Source of the DNA: Nemertoderma westbladi
Lineage: Eukaryota; Animalia; Xenacoelomorpha
Assembly: GCA_032718475.1 (NCBI GenBank)
Contig: JAUCBJ010002603.1
Location: 1 to 49,003, forward strand
Length of the DNA stretch: 49,003 bases
Direction of reading: 5' to 3'
The notes beneath the pieces were generated by a model. It had not been told where the DNA came from. It did not search any database and was given only the letters and a program-made list of their open reading frames with translations. The position numbers and the translations under genes were made by a program. Positions 33,284-45,095 of the stretch are shown piece by piece (within the stretch, counting starts at the first letter, position 1; the number at the start of each line of letters is the position of its first letter).

Positions 33284-34840
33284 CTAACTGCCCGCGATAC
33301 TCTCAATAATGTTTGATTTTAAACCAGGAAATTCTAATTGATCTTCTAACCATTTTGATACAGATAGGAGTAGAGATTCATTAAATCGCGCTGCCATTAA
33401 CTGCACCCCTATTGGGGTCATCTTATTAGATAGACAGCATGGCAGTGATATGGCAGGAATTCCGGCCATATTGGCGGATATTGTTAGGGCGTCTTCCTCG
33501 CACGTACGAGTATCGGTATAATCCGATACACGATGATGCGGTTCGCTAACGGTTGGGGTTACGATGAGATCAAAACGATTAAACAATTTACTCAATTCAT
33601 CGGAGATTAATCGTCGGATTATCTGAGCCCGGACTAAATATTTATCGTGATTTTCTTTGAGGAGGAAATAGTTACCGGCCAATATTCTATGACGAACGAC
33701 GGAATTGAATCCGATTTCTCGGGTCGCCGCGAACACCGCTGGCGACACAGATTCGCGAATATCGCGGTATCCGAACTCTAAACCGTCGTATCTGGCCATG
33801 TTGCTAGCTATCTCGCAACTAGCCATAATGCTGTAGACAGCAGATGCGTACTGCGTTAACGGCAGCCTAACTTGTTCTACACGAGCACCGACATCCGTAA
33901 ACAAATCGGCGACCATCTGCCACGATCTCCGGACTTCATCATCCAAGGAAGGTGGATGGAAGTCAAAGGGAATTCCAATTCGCAACCCTCTGATATCTTC
34001 GTCACTTATATCGGTAGATATTTCGTTGAACGGCGGATCTAAACTTGTAGAATCGAAGGGATCGAATCCTTTTAGAAGTTCGAAAATCATTGCGGAATCG
34101 TCTACGGTTCGGGTTACTATTCCCGGTACGTCAAGCGAGTTGACTAGCGGGATGAGTCCGTGACGGGAAAGTAAACCGTACGAGGGTTTAAATCCTACAA
34201 CGCCGCATCTCGCGGCGGGGTTCCGGGTTGAGCCACCGGTGTCCGAGCCGAGAGCGGCGTAGCACATGAAAGCGGCGACTGCTGCGCCACTGCCACCCGA
34301 ACTGCCGCCCGCTATGTACCAGTCCGGGAGGTTCCTCGAATCTCCCTCTGACCTACATAACTCGGATCCATCGGCTAACGTCCACGGGTTAACAACCGAC
34401 CCAGAACTCGAGTCAAGACTAGCCGAGCCCATCGCAAATTCGTCCATATTGGTTTTCCCAATGATGGCTGCGCCACTGCGTAACAGCCGTTCTACTAATG
34501 TGGCATTGTAGGGCGGTTTAAAGGTGGCTAGCATTCTCGAACTACAACTTGTAGGGTGACCTCGCAAGCAGTAATTGTCTTTTATAGCAATGGGCAAACC
34601 CTTTAGTGGAGTCTCAGAATAGTCGATATTATAGATACTGGAGGCTTCTTCAATCTCCTCCAATGATAAGATGTTTGTAAACGCATTGATGAAGGCGAGA
34701 TTTTTTGATCGTTTGACACAGATTTTTTGAATATCTTTGGATGATATTGTTTTGTTTTCGAGGCAAGTTATAGCTTCTTTTGCCGAAATGCTCAAACGAA
34801 AAGGTTTAGTTTTAGATATAGAAGTTGCGGCTGAAGACAT
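33284..34840 (-). CDS. QRSL1: Glutamyl-tRNA(Gln) amidotransferase subunit A, mitochondrial (518 aa from the first ATG), single coding exon
   Basis: Amidase signature AIKDN, GKTNMDEFAMG, GGSSGGS, GSDTGGSTRNPA, plus GatA-specific SNMARYDGLEFG and VRHRILAGNYFLL; ORF intact. Confidence 0.96.
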   Translation of the reverse strand: MSSAATSISKTKPFRLSISAKEAITCLENKTISSKDIQKICVKRSKNLAFINAFTNILSLEEIEEASSIYNIDYSETPLKGLPIAIKDNYCLRGHPTSCSSRMLATFKPPYNATLVERLLRSGAAIIGKTNMDEFAMGSASLDSSSGSVVNPWTLADGSELCRSEGDSRNLPDWYIAGGSSGGSGAAVAAFMCYAALGSDTGGSTRNPAARCGVVGFKPSYGLLSRHGLIPLVNSLDVPGIVTRTVDDSAMIFELLKGFDPFDSTSLDPPFNEISTDISDEDIRGLRIGIPFDFHPPSLDDEVRRSWQMVADLFTDVGARVEQVRLPLTQYASAVYSIMASCEIASNMARYDGLEFGYRDIRESVSPAVFAATREIGFNSVVRHRILAGNYFLLKENHDKYLVRAQIIRRLISDELSKLFNRFDLIVTPTVSEPHHRVSDYTDTRTCEEDALTISANMAGIPAISLPCCLSNKMTPIGVQLMAARFNESLLLSVSKWLEDQLEFPGLKSNIIESIAGS

Positions 34841-35027
34841 TATCTGGTATAGGCCTAATTTCAATATCCGCTCAGGCCATATACATTATTTATAAATTAA
34901 CACAAAATTAATAATTTCGGTAGGCTAAATCAAAATGTAAAAGGTGAAGAATATTAATAAATAAATACAGTAACAAGTTCTCCTAAACAATTACGCATAC
35001 TTCGATGATGACGCTTGATGGAACATA

Positions 35028-35804
35028 CTAAAAAGCGGAAACACCTAGTTTTAATACCAGAATCATATAGAAACACCTTGATTTATAAATACTGAGGCAG
35101 AAAACAATAGATAAGTTCGGCATATTATTTATTCGGTGAAAATTCGAAATGAAACAATGTAATTGTTGAAATATGTCTGTTCGTTGTTATGTTAACCCGA
35201 GCGCAGTTTTTAAATTACATAATTGATACTACTGTAATTTAGCCAGTAATGTAGTGGATACACTGCTGCACTGCGTTGTACTGGTACTAGAATAGACTCC
35301 TAGACTATGAATGATAATTATTCCGACTAAACTCTGAAACTGCAAGCTTTATGATGATAAGGTGGCTGAACTTTGCCAAATAATTTATTTTTATGATTTT
35401 TTATTTATATATATTTTTTATCTCCATGACGTCATACTTTATGGTCGACCAAAAACTAATTTATGGTTATATAAATCGGTTTTAAAACCGGTATAAAATC
35501 GGTTTACTTTTACTCCATTTTACTACACTAGTTTAGTCGAAATCGTTCATATACGTTAGTAGGTCCGGTACAACGCAGTGCATTCTACTGAATTACTGGC
35601 TGAAGTGTTATCAATTCTGCAATTTAAAACTCCCGCTCGGATTTGCATAGCAACGGACATATGTAGTTAATTATGACGTTTAGTTTTGAATTTTGTGCTG
35701 ACAAATTATAGCTGTATGTAATATGTATAGCGAACCATAGTTTTCTGCCTCATTCTTGATAAATTTAGGTGTTCTAGATGTTTCTATGTGTTTCCGCTTT
35801 TTAG
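35028..35804. mobile_element. MITE with long imperfect inverted arms and TA flanks
   Basis: TA|CTAAAAAGCGGAAACAC ... GTGTTTCCGCTTTTTAG|TA; degenerate symmetry continues for about 250 bp. Confidence 0.8.
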
Positions 35805-36195
35805 TACGTACCCTACTAAAGACTGAAAGAATATCAAGTCTGACTTAGTAAGTGTAGGTACCAGTACTTTTACTTAGGCCATGCCAGTAAGCAGTACCGG
35901 TACCTCCTTGTAAACCTACCATGCTGAATGACTTCACTACATTTAAATCTACCGTTAATACTGCAAACATCATTGCCATTTTTGCCAGCTTGTATAATGG
36001 AAATGTAACATCTGATTTAATTATTATAATAAAAGTATTAAGAAAATTATAATAACGTGGGAAGTTACAGTACTCCGTTACTTTATTCACCAAAAATTAT
36101 AAGAATGCCAAATTGAAAAAAGTATTCAGTTAACATATACAGGTAGCAAATTACAGTCTACTGTACAAAAGATTTCATGTGGTGTGCCAAAGGTA

Positions 36196-37759
36196 CTACT
36201 ACTACTAGGATCGGCATGCTGCATTGCAGCTGCATTTTTAAGAATGCTGTACCGGCTTGTCAACAAAATTGCACCGCCACAACTCCCTATCACCCATGAC
36301 ATTTGCTAGATCATCCGCATCTTCAAGGCCAGTGTCCTTTAGGATGCGTCTCAAGAAAGTCATGGGCTGTCCACCATGCTTATTCACGCCATGAGGCTGC
36401 CAAAGTACAAGATTATGCACTGGCTGGTCCTCACGGCGAAAGCAATGTCCTGCAAAGCGGAGGCGATTTTGTTCTAGTGTCAAGCTTGGGGGAACCAATG
36501 AGACACCTCCAATGTTATATAGTGTCTGGTTGGAGATGTGTGCATTGTACTTGACACAATGAACCCGGCGTAGCATTCTTGTGAATGTGCCATCCAGAGA
36601 TTTGGTGTCCTCAGCAGTTAGAGCCCAGCATGGACTCCCGTAGAGGAGTACTGGAACTACTGTACTGCTGCTCTAAATAATCGGACCTTAAGTTTCCGAT
36701 TAATTCTCGGTGACTTCCAAATCCTGGAAAGCCTATTCAAGGCTGCCCATGCCTTTCCCTTACGTATTCGAAGGTCCTCACCTGACTTCCGGATCCATGA
36801 TCCCAGGTAACAGAAGTCGTCCACATGCTCAAGCATACCATCCTTTGAGCTTATGCTCATCCGATCAGAGACTTGCTGAGGACTTTCAAAGTTAACTGTC
36901 AGAATTTTGGTCTTTCTGGAGTTAATAAAAAGACCAACACTAGAAGCAGCATGTTCTAATGAGCTGAGGAGCCGTTGGGCTCCCTCTAATGATTCTGAGA
37001 GTACTCCTAAGTCATCAGCAAAGTCTAGATCAGTTAGGTACTTGGCAGGATTTCCTCGACTTCTGGAGCCAGTAGGTGGAGTTATCATCACCCCATCATC
37101 ATTATAATGATCTAAGGACATGCGTAGAACATAGTCAACCACAATAATGAGCAAAAATGGTGCAAGTGTGTCTCCTTGGAGGACGCCCCATAACACTTCA
37201 AATGGTTCTGTGTCACCGTCAACAGTAGACACAAATGTTGTCGAACCATCGTATACTGATCTGATTGCTGCAATAATTTCATCAGGAATCCCATATAATG
37301 AAAGTATGCTGAACATACGTGAGCGAGAGACTGAATCAAAGGCCTTGAAGAAGTCAACAAAGATAACAGCCAGATGCCTGTCTTTCTTTTTTGATAACTC
37401 TTCAATTATCCTTCTAAGTGCCAAAATGGGCTCCATGGTCCCACGACCTTTACGGAACCCATTCTGATTTCCACGGAGCAGTCTCTCAATGGGATCCCTG
37501 ATGCGATTTATTCACTTCTGCAAAGGAGATATCGCCAATAGGAATATCTGGGAGTACAGACTCAGACACTTTTACTTCTATAAAGTTATCAGGCAATACC
37601 CTGTCATTATTGAGGAGCTTTTCAAAGTGGGCTTTCCAACCATTGAGGCGATCGGCTGGTGATTCAGCCTTAACCTTGGTGGTTGGTTGGCTTTTCCGCC
37701 CAGTAAGCAGATTGATCGATTTCCATGCCTGGGATGATTGCCTGTTGTCGTCAGCATCA
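36196..37759 (-). mobile_element. 5'-truncated, internally deleted RTE-clade LINE
   Basis: QNGFR, FVDFFKAFDSV, GVLQGDTLAP, DLDFADD, RLRFAGHC..DRELWR; TAGTA-type tail; candidate TSD AAAGGTA (36189-36195, 37760-37766). Confidence 0.92.
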
Positions 37760-37806
37760 AAAGGTAGTAAGTATATTAGGTCCCAGTATCGCTTCCCTCC
37801 AGGGAC

Positions 37807-37899
37807 CAGGGACTGGGATTGAATCGAAATCGAATCGAAAAATATATGGGAAATCGAAGACGAAAAATTGCTCTCGATTCGATTCGATGCCAGTCCATG
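37807..37899. mobile_element. Tiny hAT-like MITE
   Basis: CAGGGACTGGGATTGAATCGAA ... TTCGATTCGATGCCAGTCCATG imperfect TIR; no TSD seen. Confidence 0.45.
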
Positions 37900-39216
37900 T
37901 TGCTCTCCCGTATTGAGTGAGCCAGAATTGTTATTAACCAATTAAAAATAACACAGAGTAGATTAGTAGACTAACGATATATCATAATCCATATTGCGGA
38001 TGACAGCTACCGGTGAAATCAGACTTTACTATACATATTTGATATATACTTCACTCATGTCTGACTATTACGAAAACTATAACAAGATATGAAATAACTT
38101 TCAGTGTAAGAAACGTTCTCCTATAGAATGCACTTCTAATGCTATATTTATATATTGAATACGTTCAGTAGTTTTGTCAAAATATATCAATATACAACTT
38201 TACCTATACTCAAAATATAATTTTTTTAAAGAATTTGGGAATATGCTAACATTACAATAGTGGAGCGTAGTCGGATTTGGGGTGGTGTAATTATTGTAAC
38301 TATAATTATTGGGAAGGGGGGTGGGGTTAGTAAACTTCTTTGCACAAATTGTCTATCTAACAGAATGTTACTTGCATATTTTATTAATGATGTAGAAAAT
38401 TATATTTTCCATTCAAATATGATCAATCAAATGAAATCATAAACATTATCTTGACATGCTATTTCGTGGGAACATCTACATACTCTAACAAGTTTTCCAA
38501 CATCATTGTATAATGATATCGGATATACACTAATATGGTGATATTAGGGATTTGCCTGATTGATTTTATAATTATATATTAAATAATGTCAATATGTATT
38601 ATTATTTAATAATCATAATTGAATAAAATATATTTGACACTACTTATTGAGTCAATGTGTAGAACCCATGCATTAGTTATTTGTACTGTACATCTCACTC
38701 AACTGCTGAAAAGTAAATATAATCTTACATATGATTGTATAACTTATATTGTCACTTTGAGATGCTTCAATTTAATATCATCAAGAAACGAAATCCTCTA
38801 ATTACCTTACGTGTGCTATTATTATTCTAAATATGCTCTTTGAGGACAGGAAAGGATCTTTTTTAAAGCAGTTTGCACGCCACAATGACTATCCCATCAA
38901 GTAATTTATTTGAAGTTAATATGATTAATTGAACCGAAAACCCATGTCATATTAGAACTCCAAATTTACCCCATGTATCATTTACTCTCACAATTGTTTA
39001 TGTTCCCTTTTAGTGTCCATTTCTAAGAAGTAAATTCGATACCGGAATGATTATGGGGCCCCCAATATAATGAAATAAATTGAGCCAGTGAAATCCATTT
39101 TAGTAATGGTGTTTGAAATATTTCTTTTGACTGAGATATCAAGGATTTGGCTTCTCGACCACATAATGCAGTGTTAGAGGTCCATGACTTTATAATGGGG
39201 CTTATAAGATATATTT

Positions 39217-39755
39217 ACAACACGAAGTGGGGACTTCGCGCAGCACGAAGTTGGCAGAGCCTTAGCGAATTGACACTGTTAGGGGGTAGGTCAATTTATG
39301 CAAATAGTCACGTTGGCCCTCTAGCGGCAGACTGGAGAACTGCAGATGGATTCGCCTCCTTTGAAAGTCACAGCTAATGGTCTAATACATATCTGCCAAG
39401 TTTCAGCTTAAACGGATTAAAAGCAAAGAAATGGGAGGGCATTTAATGTTTAGACATGTGGCCCTCTAGCGGGAGACCATTGCACTGATGGTGTCTGAAA
39501 GTCTCTCAAAAATCTCAACTTTTGCTCATATTGTTACCTACAAATTTTCAACTTGGCAGCTTTAAATCCGACAAAGTTATTAGCATGTCAAAATCGTAAC
39601 GACGACGACGACGACAACGACGACGACGACAACGACGACGACGACAACGACGACGACGACAACTATTTGCATAAATTGACCCACCCCCTAACAGTGTCAA
39701 TTCGCTAAGGCTCCGCCAACTTCGTGGCTCGCCCCACGATCTATGCATGGCCCCA
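39217..39755. mobile_element. Helentron-associated (HINE/DINE-1-like) non-autonomous element
   Basis: Terminal hairpin CGAAGT-GGGG-ACTTCG; subterminal inverted repeats of about 64 bp (39245-39309, 39662-39725); (ACG)n microsatellite at 39599-39661; AAATTTTCA/AAGTTTCA core blocks. Confidence 0.68.
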
Positions 39756-40214
39756 ACCAGGTATATGATATATACTGCCTTTTTCCACAGATGAGTTGGG
39801 GGTAATGGTGATTAAAAGGCCCCCTATGAGGCAGGGATCCGTCCATTTCTCTGAAAGGATACAAGTTGCATGATATACCTCATTATATCTCGCATGATTA
39901 TGACTATGACAATCATGTAGCTTTTACGCCTTTACGCATACCGATTTATTCGCATATTATATTGGGTAGAGGGCCATGATTATATATACGTCGGGATCAG
40001 ACGACTACCACCGCGTGGAATAAGTGCCCCTACTCGGCTACAGTGAGTATACTCTAGTTTTCATTACTGGATTAACAGAGAGTTCTATTGGTGAGTAATA
40101 ACTGATGAGTAATCATTCTGCATCACTATCAGATCAGTACATGTAGTAGCCAGAAAGCTTACTAGCGGTACTAATTTGTTTAGTTAAATTATAGTAAAAT
40201 GGACATTATAGAAG

Positions 40215-40309
40215 TGGCCGAGTAATGTAGAGGGGCCGAGTAGTGTAGGGGGGCCGAGTCTAGTGTAGGGGGGCCGAGTAGTGTAGAGGGGCCGAGTAGT
40301 GTAGGGGGG
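40215..40309 (+). repeat. About 19-bp minisatellite GGCCGAGTAGTGTAGRGGG, 5 copies
   Basis: Directly visible in the sequence. Confidence 0.9.
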
Positions 40310-41979
40310 AATGGTATCGGGTGAAGTTATTACGTAGGTAGGGAAAGTAGTTTAGTAGAAAAATTGGGAAATAAAACACTTAGGGGGTACAAACTACAAA
40401 CCATACAATACATAGGGCACTATTAGGTTAGAATGCATTTGGGTAGAGAGGGAAAATGGTAGGGTAGAAGTTTTAGAAGGGGTAAGTGTTATAGGATCGG
40501 TTGGGGCTAGTAGTGAAGTTGTAGATAGGTGTAGTAATTGTATGAGGGCTAGTGTTTCGGGGATGGTGGTTGCATTGGGGGTATATACAGGGGAATGTAG
40601 AAATGGGAAGTATGGGATACTGGGGAACAGAAAGGGAACATTTGCAGTTTGTAGGTGGTACATCAGTGGGAGTAAAGTTTCAAAGTGGGCAAACGCTTGG
40701 CTATACCTGTGGTATCTACTCAAAAAGTCTAGATATGGGGGAATTTACAAAATTATACTGGAAAGTTTAAGGGAATCTTGGTGGGGGGTCAGGGGTCAAT
40801 TTTCAAAGGAGGTGCAGGAACATTTGAGTGATAGGGACATTTTTAGGGACATTAATAAGGGAGGTGGGTGTACATTACAGGTCGGTGCGATGACCAATGC
40901 GATAGATTCTTTTACATATCCGGTTGTGAAATGTCCTCTCGGTTGCCATTAATTTTTCGAACGCTGCAATATACAACCTTTTCACAATTTCTTACACAAA
41001 TGGGTTCCATCATTCAAAGAATTTCGCCCAAAACCGTACGTGCCTCGAGGTGTTCTACCAGACTCGACTCGGGACAGTTCCCATTTAGATTGGACTGTAA
41101 TAACTGAAAATGAGGGACTCTGTGTGGCCTTCTGTGAACACCACAGCGACGCTATACGGACTTACATACACGCACCAAGACACCCGGGGAATGACAACAG
41201 TTACAACACTTAGAACGACTGGCACCATTAACTGTTGTACCACAACTAGTACGGGAGGGTAGAGCAGAGGAGATGACAGCGAGTAATGACGTAGTAAAGG
41301 GGGTAGGTGGTACTTTGGCTACTGCAGTTGCTCCTTAATTTCGGACCCAGATTGCCACATAGTTGACGAGCGGCTGGGCAATTCGGAGACTCTTGTTCTA
41401 TAGAACAGATCCGATATCGCACAGTCTGTTTCCAACCACGCCTTTCTGGGTCCTGAATTTGTGGAGCAAATGACGTTGCCACGGACACCACGGTACAATA
41501 CAGAGGATGGACAGGACTGCATAAGGGGGGCAACGATTGTACCATGTGACGAGGCTCTATTCCAATGGCAAAATTACACGACACGGTATAGGGGGTGGGA
41601 CCAGTACCACAATTACAGTTTGCCATTGGCTCATCCTGACGACTTTGGAATGACGCCTTTTACTGAACTTAATACTGACAACACTTGTGTTAGGGACTTT
41701 AGTTAGGATACTTTGTCATTCCCCACTGAGGTTCAATTATGATTATTCAATTCAATTCATAATATAATATTCAAATTATTCAATTCATTATTATGAGGTC
41801 CAATATAATTACACAAATATAAATATATTTCGGGCACAAATAATGTTTATTAGGCCTATCAATAGAAGTACTGGAATAACAAAACTATGGGTTGAGTCTG
41901 GATGTATAGGTGTATGGATGTATAATGGTGGGGTTGGTCCCAGACAACTTTAATTAACCAGGATATTTTAAAACGTGTA

Positions 41980-42288
41980 TTGAATCAACCAAACTCTGCC
42001 ACAAAATTCCACACATACCGAAATATTATAAATCCAGAACTGAAATGCCACCAAATAAACTCATGTAAAACACTATACATCCCGGATGATGTAAGAGTGA
42101 CAGTGATGTGGCTGAGGCTAATGTCACACAATATGTTGGTGGAAAAAGGGAGGTGGTCCAAAATGTCACATGAAAATAGTGCGTTGTGTCCTTGCGATGG
42201 CACCTCAGTACATAATGAACCACACGTTTTATTGCATTGTGTACTGACCAATATATTTATGGAAGAAGTACTGCAATTTAACATTTGA
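41980..42288 (+). pseudogene. C-terminal zinc-finger relic of a non-LTR retrotransposon ORF2 (RTEX-like)
   Basis: LRLMSHNMLVEKGRW...LCPC....VHNEPHVLLHC. Confidence 0.75.
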
Positions 42289-43946
42289 TTCATGCTCTTC
42301 TATTTTCCTCGAATGACAACTTAGCCAATCTGTGCAATTTTATCTACTCAGCTGCAAAATTTTTTGATACTAATTAGTAAAATTAATATTGTTTTTTTTA
42401 TTTATGTTTTCCTTTTTTTGTATAACCACTTGGCCCAGAATAATTAATAGGAATTTCTCTTCACTAAATTTATTTGAATATTTGGACGTTTTTATGAGTT
42501 TATGATTCCTTGATTTCTCTATAATGTGAATATTTACGCGTTTTGTATGTATAGATGTTATAATGTCAACTGTATAACCTAAAAATATCAATAAACATAA
42601 CTAACTATAGAACTACCGGTACTTAATGAATGTAAATAATAATATAATAATTATATATATATAATATAATAATAGTTATAATATAATAACTTAACAATTA
42701 CTTTTTTTTCAACTTTTTTTAAAATAATAGTCTTTAAATTTTACTATTTATACATGCAGACATGGACTCTAGCAGCCCACCTACACCTACACCTACCAGT
42801 CTCCCTTTGACAGAGCACAGACGTGCTCAATTGACAGATTTGCAGTGTGACATGAATAGGCGAATTTCGCAAATCAATGAAGAAACTGCTGAGATTGAGG
42901 ATAATGGATGATGTAAAATAGTGGGGCTAATTCTGGAAGGCTAAATTCAAATAACCCCAAAAACGGTACCAGTACCGGTATTAAACAAACTGAGCGAGGT
43001 CATCCAGTATGAGACGGTTGACGAATAGTACTGATAGACGGCCTAAGTCTACTACCAGAACAGGTGTTACTGGCGGTTAGTCATGGTTGTTACAGATAAA
43101 AACAAGCTCACATAGAATGTGGTTGTGGTTAGACTAAAGGTGACGTACTTTTAATGGAGATTTGATGGTGACCACTCGGTGAATCAAATGTGCTTAAGAT
43201 TCGGCTACCCATGAATGGAAATTTAGTATCAGTCGTCACCATTTTCAGGATAAAGTTTTTGCGGATAATAATCACTGCAGTGCTTTGAATAACTATGCTC
43301 TACCCACAGATGCTGGGACTTATACTTTTTCTTTGTGGTCCTTAAGTGGAGAACTTACAGGAAAATACGTAAGTTTAAGGGATTATGTACAGAATTCTGA
43401 ACATTGAATTCTGACATCGAGATGGATACTACTTCCTCCTCTCCACCAACTGTTCCAATGGTTCCTGTTGGAAATGCTTGCTTTATTGTTTGAGATAAGG
43501 AGATAGCTTTTAATGTTGACGATTTTTACACTAACTCTACAGTACTCTACTGGCAGTGTTACTGTTATACTAGTTTAAATAAGATGGATTTTGATTCTCC
43601 TACTGTGTCTAGTACAAATGTATCCAACTCTACTGGAAGTGTTACTGTTGGTACCAGTTTAAACCAGATGAATTGTGATTCTCTGTGGCTGGTACAAATA
43701 TCGAACAAGCCCCTGATGATTTATTTAATGATGAGTGTTATTTCTCTTCTATATATATAACTAACAGTAACATACCGGCAGTAGAGGCTGAGTGCGGGAA
43801 TTGGGGTAAGTCAGAATTTAACCACCCACCCAACTTAAGGAAGAGTTCACACCATTTAAGAAACAACGTTTTCAAAGTCCCACAGAGCAGAATTGTTGGA
43901 ATTGTCTATGATATTTTAGACGAAGTTGAAATGGTATCCCCAAAAG

Positions 43947-44051
43947 TTGCGACTGTTTTTAGATGAAGAGGGGTTTGACACTGGAGGTTTCATGAGAGAA
44001 TTGTTTACTAATTTCTATATTGAACTGTCAGGATCCTTGTTTCGAGGTTAA
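43947..44051 (+). pseudogene. HECT-domain N-lobe fragment
   Basis: LFLDEEGFDTGGFMRELFTNFY..LSGSLFRG matches F.xEEG.D.GG..RE.F. Confidence 0.65.
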
Positions 44052-44104
44052 TTTCGTACTTATCCATAATATTGATTTATTTGTGATATTGATTTATTAT
44101 TGAT

Positions 44105-45095
44105 TGATTTATTGCATCATATCTATATTTGGAATCATCCTCATTCCCACAACAATGGCATCAGCAATTGCCCGCCCCGTAAGACCCTTCAACTCAATCA
44201 CGGCAATAACATATTCAACAATTTTCCTACCATGCAAATACCTGATCGTTATGCTCAGAAGTTCTTTCTTTGAGGTGTCTTTTAATTCATCAAAACAAAT
44301 TGAGTAGCAACCCGCTTCCTGGACCTCTCTGGCAATCTTCTTCTTCAAAACAATAGCTGCGCAAAAAAGGAGCTCATTCTGAATTTATGGGCTGAGCATC
44401 GTTAAGTTTTTGCCCAGCTGCTCCAGTCACTGCTTGATTGTCACATCGTATGTACCCAGGAGGTTAAAGAGAGCTAAAAAATTGCCACTGTTGCCCTCAC
44501 CCGCCTCTTCTTGGGACTCATGTGTCCCACGCAAAGCAATTCCCTGCTTTGCTGCGAATATGAGGATGTACAGTACCACCTTCATATGGGCACGGTTTCG
44601 TTCCACGAAAGATGTAGTAGCCTGGGTGGGTTGTAGCTGTTCTAATACACTCCCGACGGCGCCATTTTCACGCTTCTGCTAGTCCATGGCAGACAGGTGA
44701 TTTTGAATGTGTGAGGTTGATAATTGATGCTTTCTAGCAGATGCGGACAGGTTGTTCCACATTTGATACCCATTCTCAAAGACAGATAGGCCGCTGCCAA
44801 ATATGCGACATGGCTGACAAAAAACAGCATCAGTTACTGAGCTAGATTCCAGCCAAGGGAATTCCTTATTGCTTGTTGGTAATAGGGAACTTCTTTATTG
44901 CTTGCATGCAAGGCTCTCCAAGCCGAGACAGGTCTACAACAACATCCATTTCCGCAGGAGCAATTACTGGTGCGGCTGCAATGGTTACTGCTGGTGGTGG
45001 TGGTGGTAGTTGGGGTTTAAGTTCTGGGGCTGACAAGCTTCTGCTGCTGCTGAGGTCACAATAACAGTAGTCTCTGGGTTTGCTGGGCGACCTGT
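44105..45095 (-). pseudogene. hAT transposase relic (ZMYM1/DUF4371-like)
   Basis: QGIALRG.HE....GNSGNFLAL, IQNELL, YSICFDELKDTSKKELLSITIRY, LTGRAIADAI; contains stops and frameshifts. Confidence 0.88.

Noticed and set aside
33284-34840. Bacterial gatA by horizontal transfer or contamination
   Set aside because: No gatC or gatB neighbours, it has an N-terminal extension and metazoan-type motifs, and it is embedded among eukaryotic TEs.
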